Part shown: positions 1 to 12,102 of the stretch, in pieces
Layout: each line of letters starts with the position of its first letter
How positions within the stretch are numbered: position 1 is the stretch's first letter
From: Klebsormidium nitens
Taxonomy: Eukaryota; Plantae; Klebsormidiophyceae
Length of the DNA stretch: 64,000 bases
Assembly: GCA_000708835.1 (NCBI GenBank)
Contig: DF237429.1
Span: 6,995 to 70,994 of the forward strand
Direction: 5' to 3'
The notes under the pieces: generated by a model
Database searches by the model: none
What the model was told of the DNA's origin: nothing
Seen by the model: the letters and a program-made list of their open reading frames with translations, nothing else
Program-made: the position numbers and the translations under genes

Positions 1-25
1 TTAAAAGAATCCATGGCGGGCTCAC

Positions 26-3000
26 TGGACGTCCTCCTGCAGGCGCTGGATCATTTCGACGTGCTTCTCCTGCGTCCGCACGATAGCGCGGTAGCGACCC
101 TGGTACGGCCAGTCCTGGCTCGCCACCAGCTGCGCATAGCACCGCATAGAGGATCAGCCCAGGTATAACTTTTCAGCTTTGGATTTTTACCAAATCGGAA
201 AATGTCTTATGAGACGCCTCGGATGGCCACATAGAAATGACACATTCAAGAAGGGCAGATTGCCGTCTAGAAACCTTTCAAAGGCATGCGGACGTGACCA
301 GCTGGACTGCTTCAGAGCACGGCCAAGCAATGGGTTGATATGAGGTGGCAATACGCCGAAACTACGTCCACACGCCACCTAAAATCCCCTATCATCAGCT
401 CGCATGCGGGCTATGGTTGACCTGGGCACACCGCACTGTTTTCTGCGGCCCGCCCGGCCTAGGCGGGCGGCTGAGGAGCACGCAAGAGAAGCAATAGAGC
501 CACGAGTGCTTACCGCAGCAATCGATGGAGCGTCGTCACCAGGTCCGGGGTGCTGCAAACACGGTGTTCTGTGTGAGCACTCGGATTGACACTCGAAAAT
601 TTGTAAAACCAGTGCGGGGCACAAAGAAGTCGGCTTGATTTTTTCAAAAACGTGGCGGGCAAAGCACACGCGTACGCTTACTAGGCTCTGTATACACCGC
701 CGTGGCGGACGTTCATCAAGTAACGCGTTTCCACTTGCTACGCTGCCAAAAGCATTCAGCGCAGGAGGGTACCGGTAGCAAAGAGTGAGAGGCCGACTCA
801 CGGAGACATCCGCTCCAAAAACGATTGTGGGCTCCCCCCGGGGGAAGTAAGTGAGGGTGTCCGGTTGCGCCAGCGCGAAGTTGCAGCCGATGCGCTTGGC
901 CGCCGCTTCGCTGGCCACCTGAGCGTAGGGAGAAGAAAGGGGTTTTTGTTGATTGTAAAGCTGCAGGCTTGACGGAGAGGGCCTGGTTTGGGCTGGTTGG
1001 AGAACAGCGGGGTAAAGTTTCATATAAATGAGTATAAAAGTGAGGTTCAACTTTGAAGATTCCGGCTGACTGCTGAAGACATAGACAGCCCTAAAAGGTC
1101 AATTCATGCAGGGCAATTCATGCAAAGGAACAGCCACAGCTTGTTCGGCTGCCAACATCTACACTTTTCCGGGCTTGCTTCATGGTAGACGAAGCGAGAC
1201 TGAAGGTCGGATAACAGATCCAGCGCCGCCCACCTTGACGTTGATCTTGAGCGCGAGGTTGCCAAGGTAGACCGTCCCCGGGTTGTCTACGTGCTTGGCC
1301 AGGCAGCCCTGCGTCACGAACCCCAGCTCCGTGATGGACAGCCGCTTCAGGTCGCCTGCAAAGGGCTCACGTTACTGTAAGACATACCGGCCAACGGCAT
1401 CTTCAAACTCTTGGACCTGCATTTGTCGCCCTCATTTAGCAACTTTTGGACTATCCGTTACGAGTTCGATATGTCGCTTTTCCCGGCAAAAGAGAATGTG
1501 TCTCCGACAAGTAGGAGCCTGTGTCGCTAAGAAACTGACGCAAGTAAAAGTATGAATGAATACTGCGAACATCCCCACCGGCCTTTCAAAGGGCATATTG
1601 CAACCAGAATGGTGAACCGACGCCCTCCACCCCTCCCCTCTACTCGAATGCCATGTCTCTCACAAGCTTTTGCACCAATCAAAAATGATGTAATGAGCAG
1701 ATGGAAGATGAAAAAGAAAGACAATTCAGCGAAGAGAAAAGCAAGAGCAGAAACGAGCATGGTGGGCAGTGGGGATAGCGCCCGGCCATACCGTAGAGCC
1801 CGGGGCTGGTGAAGGGGAAGATGCAGACGACGAGCTGCAGCGGGTTCGGCTGTGCGGCGTTGACGTCCGCTTTGAGCTTCTGCAGCGCGCGGCGCAGCGC
1901 CCCCAGGCTGCCCGTGTCGCGGCTGGATACCACGCGGGGAGGGACGGACGGCGCGGCCGGCATGCGCTGGGGAACAAACGAGCGGAATGAGGGCCAAGCC
2001 ACGTGGTCATGAATGACAAAGCAGACACGGAACCGAGCGTCCAGGCTCTCACTCAACTGTTGGGGGCAACCTTCCCAAAAGGCAAACTTCTATGAGTTGA
2101 AGTGTAAACAGTGTGCGACTCTGTCCGGAGGGACACCCTCCCAAATCCATGAGTATCAGCATAAGGACCCAACGAGGCTGCCGGAAAATTGGTCCAAATT
2201 CAGTCGCTCAAGAGACGACTTCCGCTCAGCTTTGCAGCGGAATGCCTCACCATCCCCAGCTGGTTGCAGCGATTAGCCAGGCTGGCGGCAAGGTGGGCGG
2301 CCACCGCGTCGTGCACCGCCTCAAAGTTGAGGACGGCCCAGGCGTGGATAACGACGCCCTCAGCGAACACCGCCTGCGAATAAGCGGGGCAGGTTGGCTT
2401 ACACGGAACAAAGGAAACCCGTGCAATGTTCTTTCGAACCGTGGAGCATCCGCCTGCCAATCCATTCCAAGTTTGACTCTTGCGTTTGTTATCCTTTTTC
2501 GAAGACCCTGGTCTACTTCTCTCAAGCTCAGGCTTGCAGACAGGATCACGCAACACGGTTTCTAATCTTCGAGAAAGGCTAGAGTTGTTAAGAATTAAAT
2601 CAGAACCAAAAGGGGGATGCAGCAGCCACGTAAGCTCACCCCTTTGTCTTGCCTGGACCACTCTCCGGCGCCTTGCCCGGGCTGCACCCGGCGGTTCCGT
2701 CCATACATCAGCTGCACCGATGGCAGAAAGAAGCGTCGGCGAAATGCTTTAAGAAGTCGTTGATGCTACTAGACGCTTACCAGCACAAGGTAAAAATTGT
2801 CAAGGAACCGTTGAAGTTTGGATGGTGAGGAGGTCTACCACTTTCTTCAACGACCCATAAGCTTCTCCGAGATCGCGGCTTCCCGTCGAGATCGAAACAC
2901 TTGCAGAGCAACAAGTTGAGCCGAAGGTCGGGGTGGCTTTGTTCGACGATACAAAAGACGGACGCCAAATGGGCAGCAGAAGTCCTGCCTCCTGCGTACC

Positions 3001-6000
3001 ATTCCAACTGCCAATTTGTGTGCAGAGCTCAACAATTCGCAATGTAGCACTCACGGGCGGCGGCGGGAGGATCCTGCTCTCCACCTCCATCATGCGGGTG
3101 TCCACCGAGATCCCGAACTCGCGCGCATACTCGTCGTTGGGATAGGCGTTCTGGTTGAAGGTCTGCACGCAAAACAAGTTGCTTTAGCGGTGGTTGCATG
3201 CAGATTTCAAACTAGCAAGCCATCGTGCAATGGGCTAGGGGACCACGGCCAACAAAGTCCAATAGTTCGAGACTGAAAGCATTCCCAAACAGTAAGTGTA
3301 CCACTTTTTCTCCGAGCGGAGGTGTGCCAAGGAGTGGGAAAGACATTGTGGCCTCGACGTGCCAACAGCTTGTGAGTGAAATCTGCCGCTAGAAACGCCA
3401 ATCTGCGCTTGGATCTGCGCTTTGGATGGTACTAGGTACCCACCTGCTGAGTCGCCTTTTCGCGCTCGGGCGGCCGCTTTTGGGTGATCTTGAGCATATT
3501 GCGGATCTGGTTGTCCGACAGCTTGCGCGGAAAGCGTTGGCCGCCCTGGATGCGGCAGACCTGGCCAGACAGTGGAACAGGATGAGTCCGACGTTCACGT
3601 ACCAACTTCCCCATCGTACTAAACATGGAAAGATGTTCCAGGGTTCGCTCAGCCAGGAAAGAAGTGGGTGTGTTCCTTGATTGAAAGAATCACCTGACTT
3701 TCGCAATGCTACACAGGTGCGCTTGCATCGCCGGCACTCTCGCAGGACATTTTCCCGGGAAAATTTGAGAGAGGAGAGTCGCTGCGTCCGCCGCATCTCA
3801 CGTAGCCTCGTGAAACTCCCAATGTAGAAATAAGAACGGAGACCAAGCAAGCGACGGAAAGGATGTAGAGCTCACCTCGAGGGGGAGGTGCGCCCGGTTG
3901 GAGGCGGCGATGACGCACGGCAGATTGGGGTGCTGCAGGCGGTACCCGTAATGGGCCTCGAAGTACTGCGCCACGCTCACCTGGCCCTGGCCCTCCAGCT
4001 CGAACCTGCGCGCGAGCCACGCGCTCGTGTCAGAACGCAAGAATAGCTCCTGTCTGATGGAATGATAGACAGCGGTCCAAACTGTGAAAGATTTTACCAG
4101 CACGTTTCAGTAATGAGTCCAGACCCTCCTTGACAGAACCCGTTCTTGTTCCTAATGTTGGTCTCGAATCGCCTCGAGCTGATAACGACTTCCATCAATG
4201 TGGGCGGCTGAGTCTATCAAGCGATACAGAGAGACAGCTCCGGGATCATTCTTATCGATTTGAGAACGGGCAGTGTGCTAATGAGAGGTGTCTCTTCCAA
4301 CCACAGGTCAAGAAGACAAGGCTAATGAAGAAAGGCGCGGACAACGAAAGGAAGATGAGTCTCTGCAGGAGCGGACTGTCTCACATGGTCTGCGCAGCTG
4401 ACGTGCGCGAGATGTCGTGCACGCGGTACTGGCGGCGGCTGTTGGGGTTGTGCGTCACTTCCACCTTGACGCCCTTGAGCATCTTCTTTATCTGCAGGAC
4501 AAGACCCGATGCGTCAGCTTCAGTGCTATGTCGGATTCTCCACTAACCCCGCCCGCGCGAGCTTTTCCTTTGCTCGAATGAGACAGGTTCGTCACATCAA
4601 CGTGCGGCGTTGAGATTCTTCGCGATAAGGTAAATTCTTCAATCGAGACGGAGGTCTGCGAACTTGGGTGAGTGTGACTTCGCCGTTTTGCCGACATAAG
4701 CCAGGTTGTCAAATTTCGAAGCCTATACTGAGGTTCAGCGTTCGTATCATCCTCATATGCTTCGCATGACTCGAGTCCTAGAAATTCTGATGAATATGAT
4801 TTTCCAATTTACGGACGGACGAAACCTTCGACTAAGCCAAGAAGAAGAGAGCGCTGATCCTCGAAACCGTCGAGGCAAGGACCATGAGAAGAACACGGTT
4901 GAAAAACCTTCAGGCAAAAGAGCCTTGGCAAGGGTCAAGTCGATCTCTGCAGACAATCAAAAGGAAAGTCGCAAAGCACGTGAGACATGGGTCGTCCGTA
5001 GGCCTGACCTTGAGGCGCTCCGCATCCGAGGCGGCCCGCGCCCGGCTCCAGTTGCGGCCCAGCACTTCGCCCACGTACTGCAGCACGGGCACCGCCTGGT
5101 AGAACGCCGTCGTGGACAGGTCTGCGAACGAGAGCGATGGCGGAAATCTCTGTTTCAAGCTCTTTAATTCGACAACGATAACCCGCTTAACGTGGGAGTG
5201 ATCTGACCAGTATCACCTCGATCACCAGAGACCGCACCAACGCCCACAATGGAGACCGAGGCAAAGAAATTTTCCAAATACTCTTATTCTTTTTTGCAAC
5301 ACAATTGCCTTTGGTCCGCTTTAAATCTGACGCTCTATTTAAGTGGCTGCTAGAACGATCGACTATTGGATAATGCAGATCTGCATATGGAGCGAGAACG
5401 AAGTCTAACGAAGTTGGACCCTGTCGATGTGAGCGGATTAGACAGTTTTCCACCTGTGGATAAACACCCCATGCGAAGCCCTGTAAAACAAACAAGGTGT
5501 GCAATAGGGTGCCCACAGACGCATCCGGCCCGGCTTACCCAGGTTCAGCGCCAGCCCGCTCACGGTAGGTCGCACCGACTGGTAGTAGCCCCGCCAGGCT
5601 TCCAGGCCCGCCCCCAAGGCAGCTTCTCGGAGGAGGTTGGGCTGCGGCGGACGGAAGAAGGAGCGGCCCACGGGAGTGTCCCTGGAATAGCGTTGAAAGA
5701 CAGATAATGGTTCTTGTGTGGATACCTCATGCATATGTCAGTTATCAACCAAATCCAAGGCAGAGTCCGATTATACATTGAGTGATGCACTAAATACTCA
5801 ATATCAGCAAATAGGAAGAAAAAACTGGTTTGACAAGAAGAGTTGGGAACCTCTGATACTTTAGCAGATTATGCTGAAACTAGGCCAATGCATTGGCACA
5901 CGGAGAGGGAAACAGGTATTGCCTTCTCGTTCTGGCCGTGTGCCATCACAACACGGCAAATCTTCCAACCAAAAGTCTGTGAAAAATGCGTCAGTCTCTG

Positions 6001-8044
6001 ACTGATTCGTTACTTTTTGCAGATCCAACAGCTCCCACTTTCTACTAGAACGCCCTCTTGACACTTTGCGTAAAAGTTCCTCGCAATCTGAAATGCAGGA
6101 CGTTCTACCACCAGGATCACGAGACCCTCGTGGAGCTTCACCTGTGGGTGGGCGTCTCGCGCAGGACTGTGTCCAGCGCGTTGATCGCATCCTGTGGAAT
6201 GTCGTACTGCTGGTATGCCTGCTGCAGCAGCCGCGACATGTCGATCCGGCCAGCCACGACGCCCGTGATCACCACCTTGAAGCGCCGCTCTCGGCTGCAA
6301 ACAACCAAACCAAGTGGGAGGGTTTCACAATGGATATCAATCCACGAAATACAAGTAGCAAAGCTTCATGAGTGTTTAGTGGACGCGCCATCGATGTTTG
6401 GTATGTCTGATTGATCAATGAGGTTCTTGGAAAGACAGGGTTGCAAAAGCGTCAGGAGGCAACTTAGCTGCACTATTGGCTGAAAGTGGACCCTACAAAG
6501 AAGTGGACTCTGCTATGCATGCAGCAATATATGCGGGGATGCCCAGAAAGCCAACTGATTGTTTCATGTATTGAACAGGCTGATTAGAAGCAATTGGCTT
6601 CCAAACACGTGGTTGTAAGTGGAACAGGATCAACACACTGGGGAGTAAGATATCCTGGATTGGAAGTTTGTCAAAGAGCCCTTGGCATACTTCTTCTCCT
6701 TGCAGAATCACAGTCAGTCGAAAGCCTTGATTGGAGATGGGACCAGGTTCGAATGAAAGCGCTGTACTTTTATCAGCAGGCTTAGCCTCGCTGAACGTCT
6801 CCAGTCTCTCTGTCAAAAGAACAAATCAGAACTCTCCTCATGTGGAACTCCCAGGACAAAGAAGGATACCCAAAAACACTTGCAGCAAACCTGCCCAGGC
6901 AGGAATGCGTCCTCTCAAATCTTAGCACTAGATGTAATGAGATAATCTGCATCTTTAAAAGTGCCCCTTACCCCGGCTGGCCGTCCCTCTCCGGCAGCAC
7001 CACCTCAAACTCGTTAATCTCCTGCGGCAACTGTTTGGCCGTGAACGCAATTTTGTTGCCGTCAAAGGCCAGCAGGCAGTTCCCCAGCCCCGAAACCCTC
7101 TGGGTGGACTGCAGTTGTTGCATGATGGCGCGGCGGACACCTTTGGAAGACACTTCGCCGTCACCGCGAGAAGGGGTCTCCCGGATGACCACCTGCGCAG
7201 ATAAGAGGTGCGTATGCTTAGTTCTTCTTTTCAATTGTACGTGGCATAATCCTGCAAGATTTTGTCCATGTATGCATTGTGCGTTGTACTATTTTCTATA
7301 GAGAAGAGACGCAAGGGCAAACGTTCCTTGGTTCATGTAAGTAATCCCATCAACCTGCCTTGAACCTGAGGTCGCCACTGTTGTTGGGTTGTGCCACACG
7401 CGGAAAGGATCAATGACAATGTATGTATTGTGCCAGGGCCGCTGCAATACCAAAACTCAAGTTGGGCTACTGAAATAAAGCCCCTTTGTCTACACAAATC
7501 AAGCTTTCAACAGGGTTGTGGGCATACTTACATCGTGCTGGTATAGAAACTCCTTGTTGCACTTGGCCAGAAAATAGTTCGTCCGCACGACAGCCCGCTG
7601 CCCCACTGATCCAAACCCGGGCCGCCTCATTAGAGTAACTCCCTTGAGACTCTCCGGCACCTCAAATGGTTTCTCGCCCTCCGATCGTCTCTGGGTCCCA
7701 TGTGCCAACGAGAGTTGCCCCAGCTCTTTTTGTGCTTCCGCAGCCCCGCTCGTTGAAGCCTGCATTGCCTCCCCTTGTGGCATTGCAGCTGGGGGGGCTC
7801 CGCTAGCTGCAACAGCACCCCCCCCAGACGGTTGTGCACTCAAGACGCCCATTTCCTCCCTTTGTATGATGGCAGGTCCTCCGGCAGGCCGGTTGCCCTG
7901 TCCTCGCCCAGGGGAGGGGCCTCTCCCCCGCCCCCGCCCCTGCCCCCGCCCCCGCCCTTGCGCCCCCCCAGCATTGGGGTTTGTGGGAGGTGCCGGCCCT
8001 TCGCCGCCGGCTGGTGCCCCTGCTGCCTTCTTTTTCCTCGGCAT
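26..8044 (-). CDS. AGO: Argonaute protein (5' part; gene continues beyond left edge of window)
   Basis: 16 phase-compatible GT-AG exons: 7532-8044, 6972-7192, 6142-6294, 5539-5681, 5009-5121, 4385-4491, 3876-4005, 3444-3560, 3055-3162, 2640-2711, 2251-2373, 1792-1966, 1234-1355, 802-918, 514-552, 26-129. Gly/Arg-rich N-terminus (GRGRGQGRGRG), N domain (VRTNYF, AFDGNKIAFT), L1 (EAWRGYYQSVRPT..GLALNLD), PAZ (SVAQYFEAHYGYRLQHPNLPCV..HLPLEVCRI), MID (LYGDLKR..TELGFVTQGCL..NLALKINVK), start of PIWI (IVFGADVSHP..PSIAALVASQDWP). Confidence 0.97.
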
Positions 8045-9389
8045 TGCAACGACTTGCACACGAACAGGTCTTTTAGCAGGGTTGACTGCGAAAGGCAGCT
8101 TGCATGCGGACCTGGAGGCGGCTGATCAGCACCAAAGAGCTGAGAACCGAACGCGGAATTCTGCCTAGCTCACCTTTGAAGCTTTGTAGCGATCAAGGGG
8201 GAGCACCCTGTGCAAGCTCCGCTTCCCCGCGCGAGCAACAGGCTAGCGTGAATTTCACGCTCAGACGTCGACATATTTTCGATCTTGGAAGTTCGTTGCC
8301 TTGGCGTCCCACCATATTCACAGCCATGCAAACCTGTCTCAAGTACCGTACTGTAGCCTTCCACTGGAGTCTGGGTGTGGTTGTTTTGTTTAAAATTGTA
8401 CCGGTGGTAGTATGGCAGTGGTACGCTTCAAAGTACATAGTACAGTAGCTAGATACGTTTTGCACGAGTGAAACTGTCACGTTTTACAACTGCTCAAGAT
8501 CAACGATTCGAGATTAATTTCATGCAACCAAGTGGCTGTCTATGCCGTCCGATCTCACACTAACGTGGTTCGAACGGATGAGGAATCACGTGAACCCATC
8601 CTGTAGTTGTGGAGGGCACCGGGCTGACACTTAGGTGGCTCTATTTTGCATCAGAAAGGCTCATGAGGGTCCACATGGACGTTGGTATCAAAATCAATGA
8701 TTCTCAAGTTGTACCGCTCTGACTGAACTGTCACTGCCATACTCACTGTACGGAACTACTTTGCCTTGTTGTAGTATCTTCACACAGAAGCTTTGGCTTT
8801 GCGTGATATTCCAAGCTGACTTTCAGCTAGATTTGCGCTGTCATGGTGTGCTTTTTGCACAGCTCACGCTAGCAAAAAGCGTCCTTTGCATCGGTAGAAC
8901 ATTGAATGCACGCACGAGCATCAACCGTACTAGTGTTTCCTTTCTTCCTTGTATAGCACCTCAGAGGCACCAGCTTCTGTAGCAAAGCTCAGGAGAGGTA
9001 GAGCTTGATCGCATGCGCTTAGAGGGAGAGACATCTAGTGGACTTTCAAACGAAGAGCTTTTCCTTCACCTTGGAAGGTGGAGTAGTCGCCTACAGCTCA
9101 CCTGGTGAATGATGTGAAGGAAAAGATCGCCATCTCTTTGCAGGGCTCCCAACGAAGCGTGATCGCAAAGGTGCTAGCTGTTAGAACTTCAGCTCTAGAT
9201 TCACCACCTCGGAAACCTAGAAGATCCTTCCGGCACGTACATTGCACATGTCGACTCTATCCGTGCCAAGAATCGCATAGGCTCTGTAAGTCAACAGAAA
9301 CTCAGTCCTTAGCAGGTCTTAGCGTTGCTGTCATTTGTCCCACCTTGGACCAAGGGCCAACAAGCTGTGATTGATACTGCTTTTGCACA

Positions 9390-10800
9390 ATGACACCACT
9401 AAGAGCTGCTAAGCTGACCTTTCTGGGAGTTGTAGGTGAGTCTCCTCTGATCGACCACTTTCTCATGACACGCAATCTTGGACCTAAACTCATGGATGTA
9501 CTACATGAAGCGGTCCTTTTTGCAGGCTTTGAATACTTTGCATCGTGTGGTGTGGTTGGTGGTGGTTGCTCAAGGCAGCATCTCTGACATCTTTCCACCT
9601 TGAAAATGTGCAAGAAGCTTGATCTGGAGGATCACAGGAGCACATTTCAGTTTGCATCAACAATTGCCTGAGGAATCCGCAAAGTAGAGTAAAAAGCTCT
9701 ATCCAACTAAGTACTGACACTAACTGTGCCTCCCCGCCCTTGTTTGATGCAGCTTCTTTATCTTTGGTCTCTGCTGGTTATAGTGTACAAATAAGTGGAG
9801 GCCCTGTTGGAGAATTGGTGTGCAAGCAAGCATCCTGCACGTGAGAAACCTGTAATCCAGTAACAAGCAAAGACAATATGGCAAGGCTCGTCTTCCAGCT
9901 GCATTGCTTCCACACAAATGTGTGTCCAATTTCTGACAAAGTCGATTATTCCACAAAGTTTCAATTGATGTATGTAGATCTTTACCCGTATGGAAAGGTT
10001 TTGTTGGAAGAATGTTGTGTTTGAAATGGCTGAGTTTGATGCCGTCCTGACCGTTGACACAATCTGCTATATCCAGGAACAATGTCTATCCCTGGACTTT
10101 TCCACAACTGCTGTATTTGCTCTTTCCAGGGATGTAACGGTACAATTAACTACGGATCAGCTGTCGCTGTTCTATTACCAATTTAGTGGGGACAGCGTCT
10201 TTGCTGGTCTGAAATGGCAGCAAGTGCCAACAATGGTGTTTACTAAGACGACGCCGCTTGTTCTGAGGAATGTGTCACAAGGCCACCAGCTACTGCAGGT
10301 GAGCCAATTGGGGTTCTTGAGAAATTTTTGCAGATCATTGGTAAGTAAGGAGGCCTCTACCAAGTCTGATGAAGACCTTGTCACATAACAGATTGTCCAG
10401 ATTAGAGGCAGAAACCTCCAGGAAGGCAGACGCCTACCAGCGGCAGGGTTGGGTTCTTGGACTCCTTTGCTCCTTGATTTTCATCGCCGCATATATCAAG
10501 TGCATAGCTAACCTGTGAGTGGCAAACTGGCCGTTGCAGGTGAAGGCCGTCAACTTGAACAAGCAAGAGTCCAGTGTCGCGTCCTTTGAGTGGGACCAGA
10601 CGTACATCTTGCGCTACACCAACTATCAACTGTACTGGCCAAATGACAACACCCCATACGTTCCCGGCCTGTTGCGGCGTATGTCTACTCTCACCCCAAC
10701 CAACGCCGCGGGCCCCCCTGTGTCGGTCTGGGATTACCCTGTCCCGCCGCCAGCGAGTCCAGCCACTTTGGTCGAGCAGAGCGGCGTGCTCCTTTCATGA
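9390..10800 (+). CDS. Predicted secreted 187-aa protein of unknown function (possible Ig/FN3-like beta-sandwich plus Pro-rich tail)
   Basis: join(9390-9435, 9753-9840, 10130-10298, 10540-10800) = 564 nt, open through three GT-AG introns of phases 1, 2, 0, branch-point-like CTAAC before two acceptors. N-terminus MTPLRAAKLTFLGVVASLSLVSAG reads as a signal peptide assembled across intron 1. Confidence 0.72.
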
Positions 10801-12102
10801 GCCCTTCTCTTGACAGCCGGGAACAAGTATTCTCTTTTAAGGTAGGAGCAGGGGGCCAAGGGGACATTTATTGAGATTGGTCATCAGACCGATAGGCAAC
10901 ATCGTTGTTGCTCCTGGCCAATGCAAGTGTTTGGGCAACGTGTGAAGAAGCCGCGGCGGCTTGTGGCTGGCAGCTCGGATCGAATTGTCTGATTCAAAGC
11001 TCCAGGCTAAGCGCGTTGGCCACTCCCCCAAAATTGCGTGATTTTCACATCGAGCGCGAGAGATGTACGTTTGCTTGTCAACCAGCGTGCCCGCTAATAG
11101 TATTGATCGATACCGACGGCTTGTAGACTTGCACCCAAAAGACCGCGCCTAACGCAGGAAGTGTACGATATACTCGGTGAATCATATCGTCCGGTGGAGC
11201 TACTGGCTCTACGTTCCAAGGAGGTCTAATTTTGATTTTGATTGAAAGGCATTCATCGGACAACTTACTAACAGAGGGTAGGAATCCTTCAGATCGGCCT
11301 TTTTCGAAATGAGTCTTGTAGTATCCTTTCTCACATGTTTGAATGTCCATAATTCAGCTGGATCTCAGAGCGAGGCCCAATTCTTAGCTCATACACTGAC
11401 AGCGCCCATGCAACATGCTAGGCGGCCGCGCCGTCCATCCGATGATCACTGGTAGATTCATGATTGAAAGCTCCTGCTAGACGGGCCGTCAAGTTTGGAA
11501 GTCCTCAGCTAACTAGCAACTCGAATTATGAATATTTCACAATGTCTTTATGCAGTTACCAACGTGTAATGCTTATACGTCAGGTAATATAATGCAGATC
11601 GAGGATCCCCTAGCTTGATCGACGGTCACCACGTGGCCGCCGGCCCGCGCATCGAATCATTGCAAAGGATCTTACCGTCTGGTCGTTGAGGATCTCTCAT
11701 GGGCCGTGATCGTGACCTCGATATCTAGTCCGACTCGACCCTACAGTTAAGCCAACAGTTGAACAACATCAATCTCCTAAGCTAGCTGGCATCGACGTCT
11801 AGCATCGGCACCTCAAGCCTAAACTAAGCTGTCTGCCACACGAGTGACAACGTCAAATGTGATCTATAACGCTTGAGGGTAATTTGCATGCATGCGAAGT
11901 CATTCAATAATCAAGCCTGGCAACAAAACATAGCACGGCTTTTGCATTATGATTCAACTACTGACACCGAAAGGGGTTCCAAACAATGCACCCAAGGCCG
12001 GTATAAAACCACGTTCGTCCGGTTACAGCTAGCTCCATCCTATTTGCTGCTCGAACGTTCAATCTTCAGTAGCGTGACTGCCTGAAGCTCCCCCTTGTCG
12101 AA

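Noticed and set aside
2995-3015. QIGSWN in AGO intron 9 resembling the canonical PxxGQWN motif
   Set aside because: No usable acceptor at a plausible distance; exon 2640-2711 (LMYGRNRRVQPGQGAGEWS) supplies this segment in phase.
6493-6816. 107-aa ORF and 63-aa antisense ORF in AGO intron 2
   Set aside because: Out of phase with flanking AGO exons, no recognisable motif; exon 6972 joins 6294 directly.
8100-9380. Several short ORFs and splice-like signals between AGO and the secreted gene
   Set aside because: Every join tried hit stops or required ~30-nt introns; at most 5' UTR exons.
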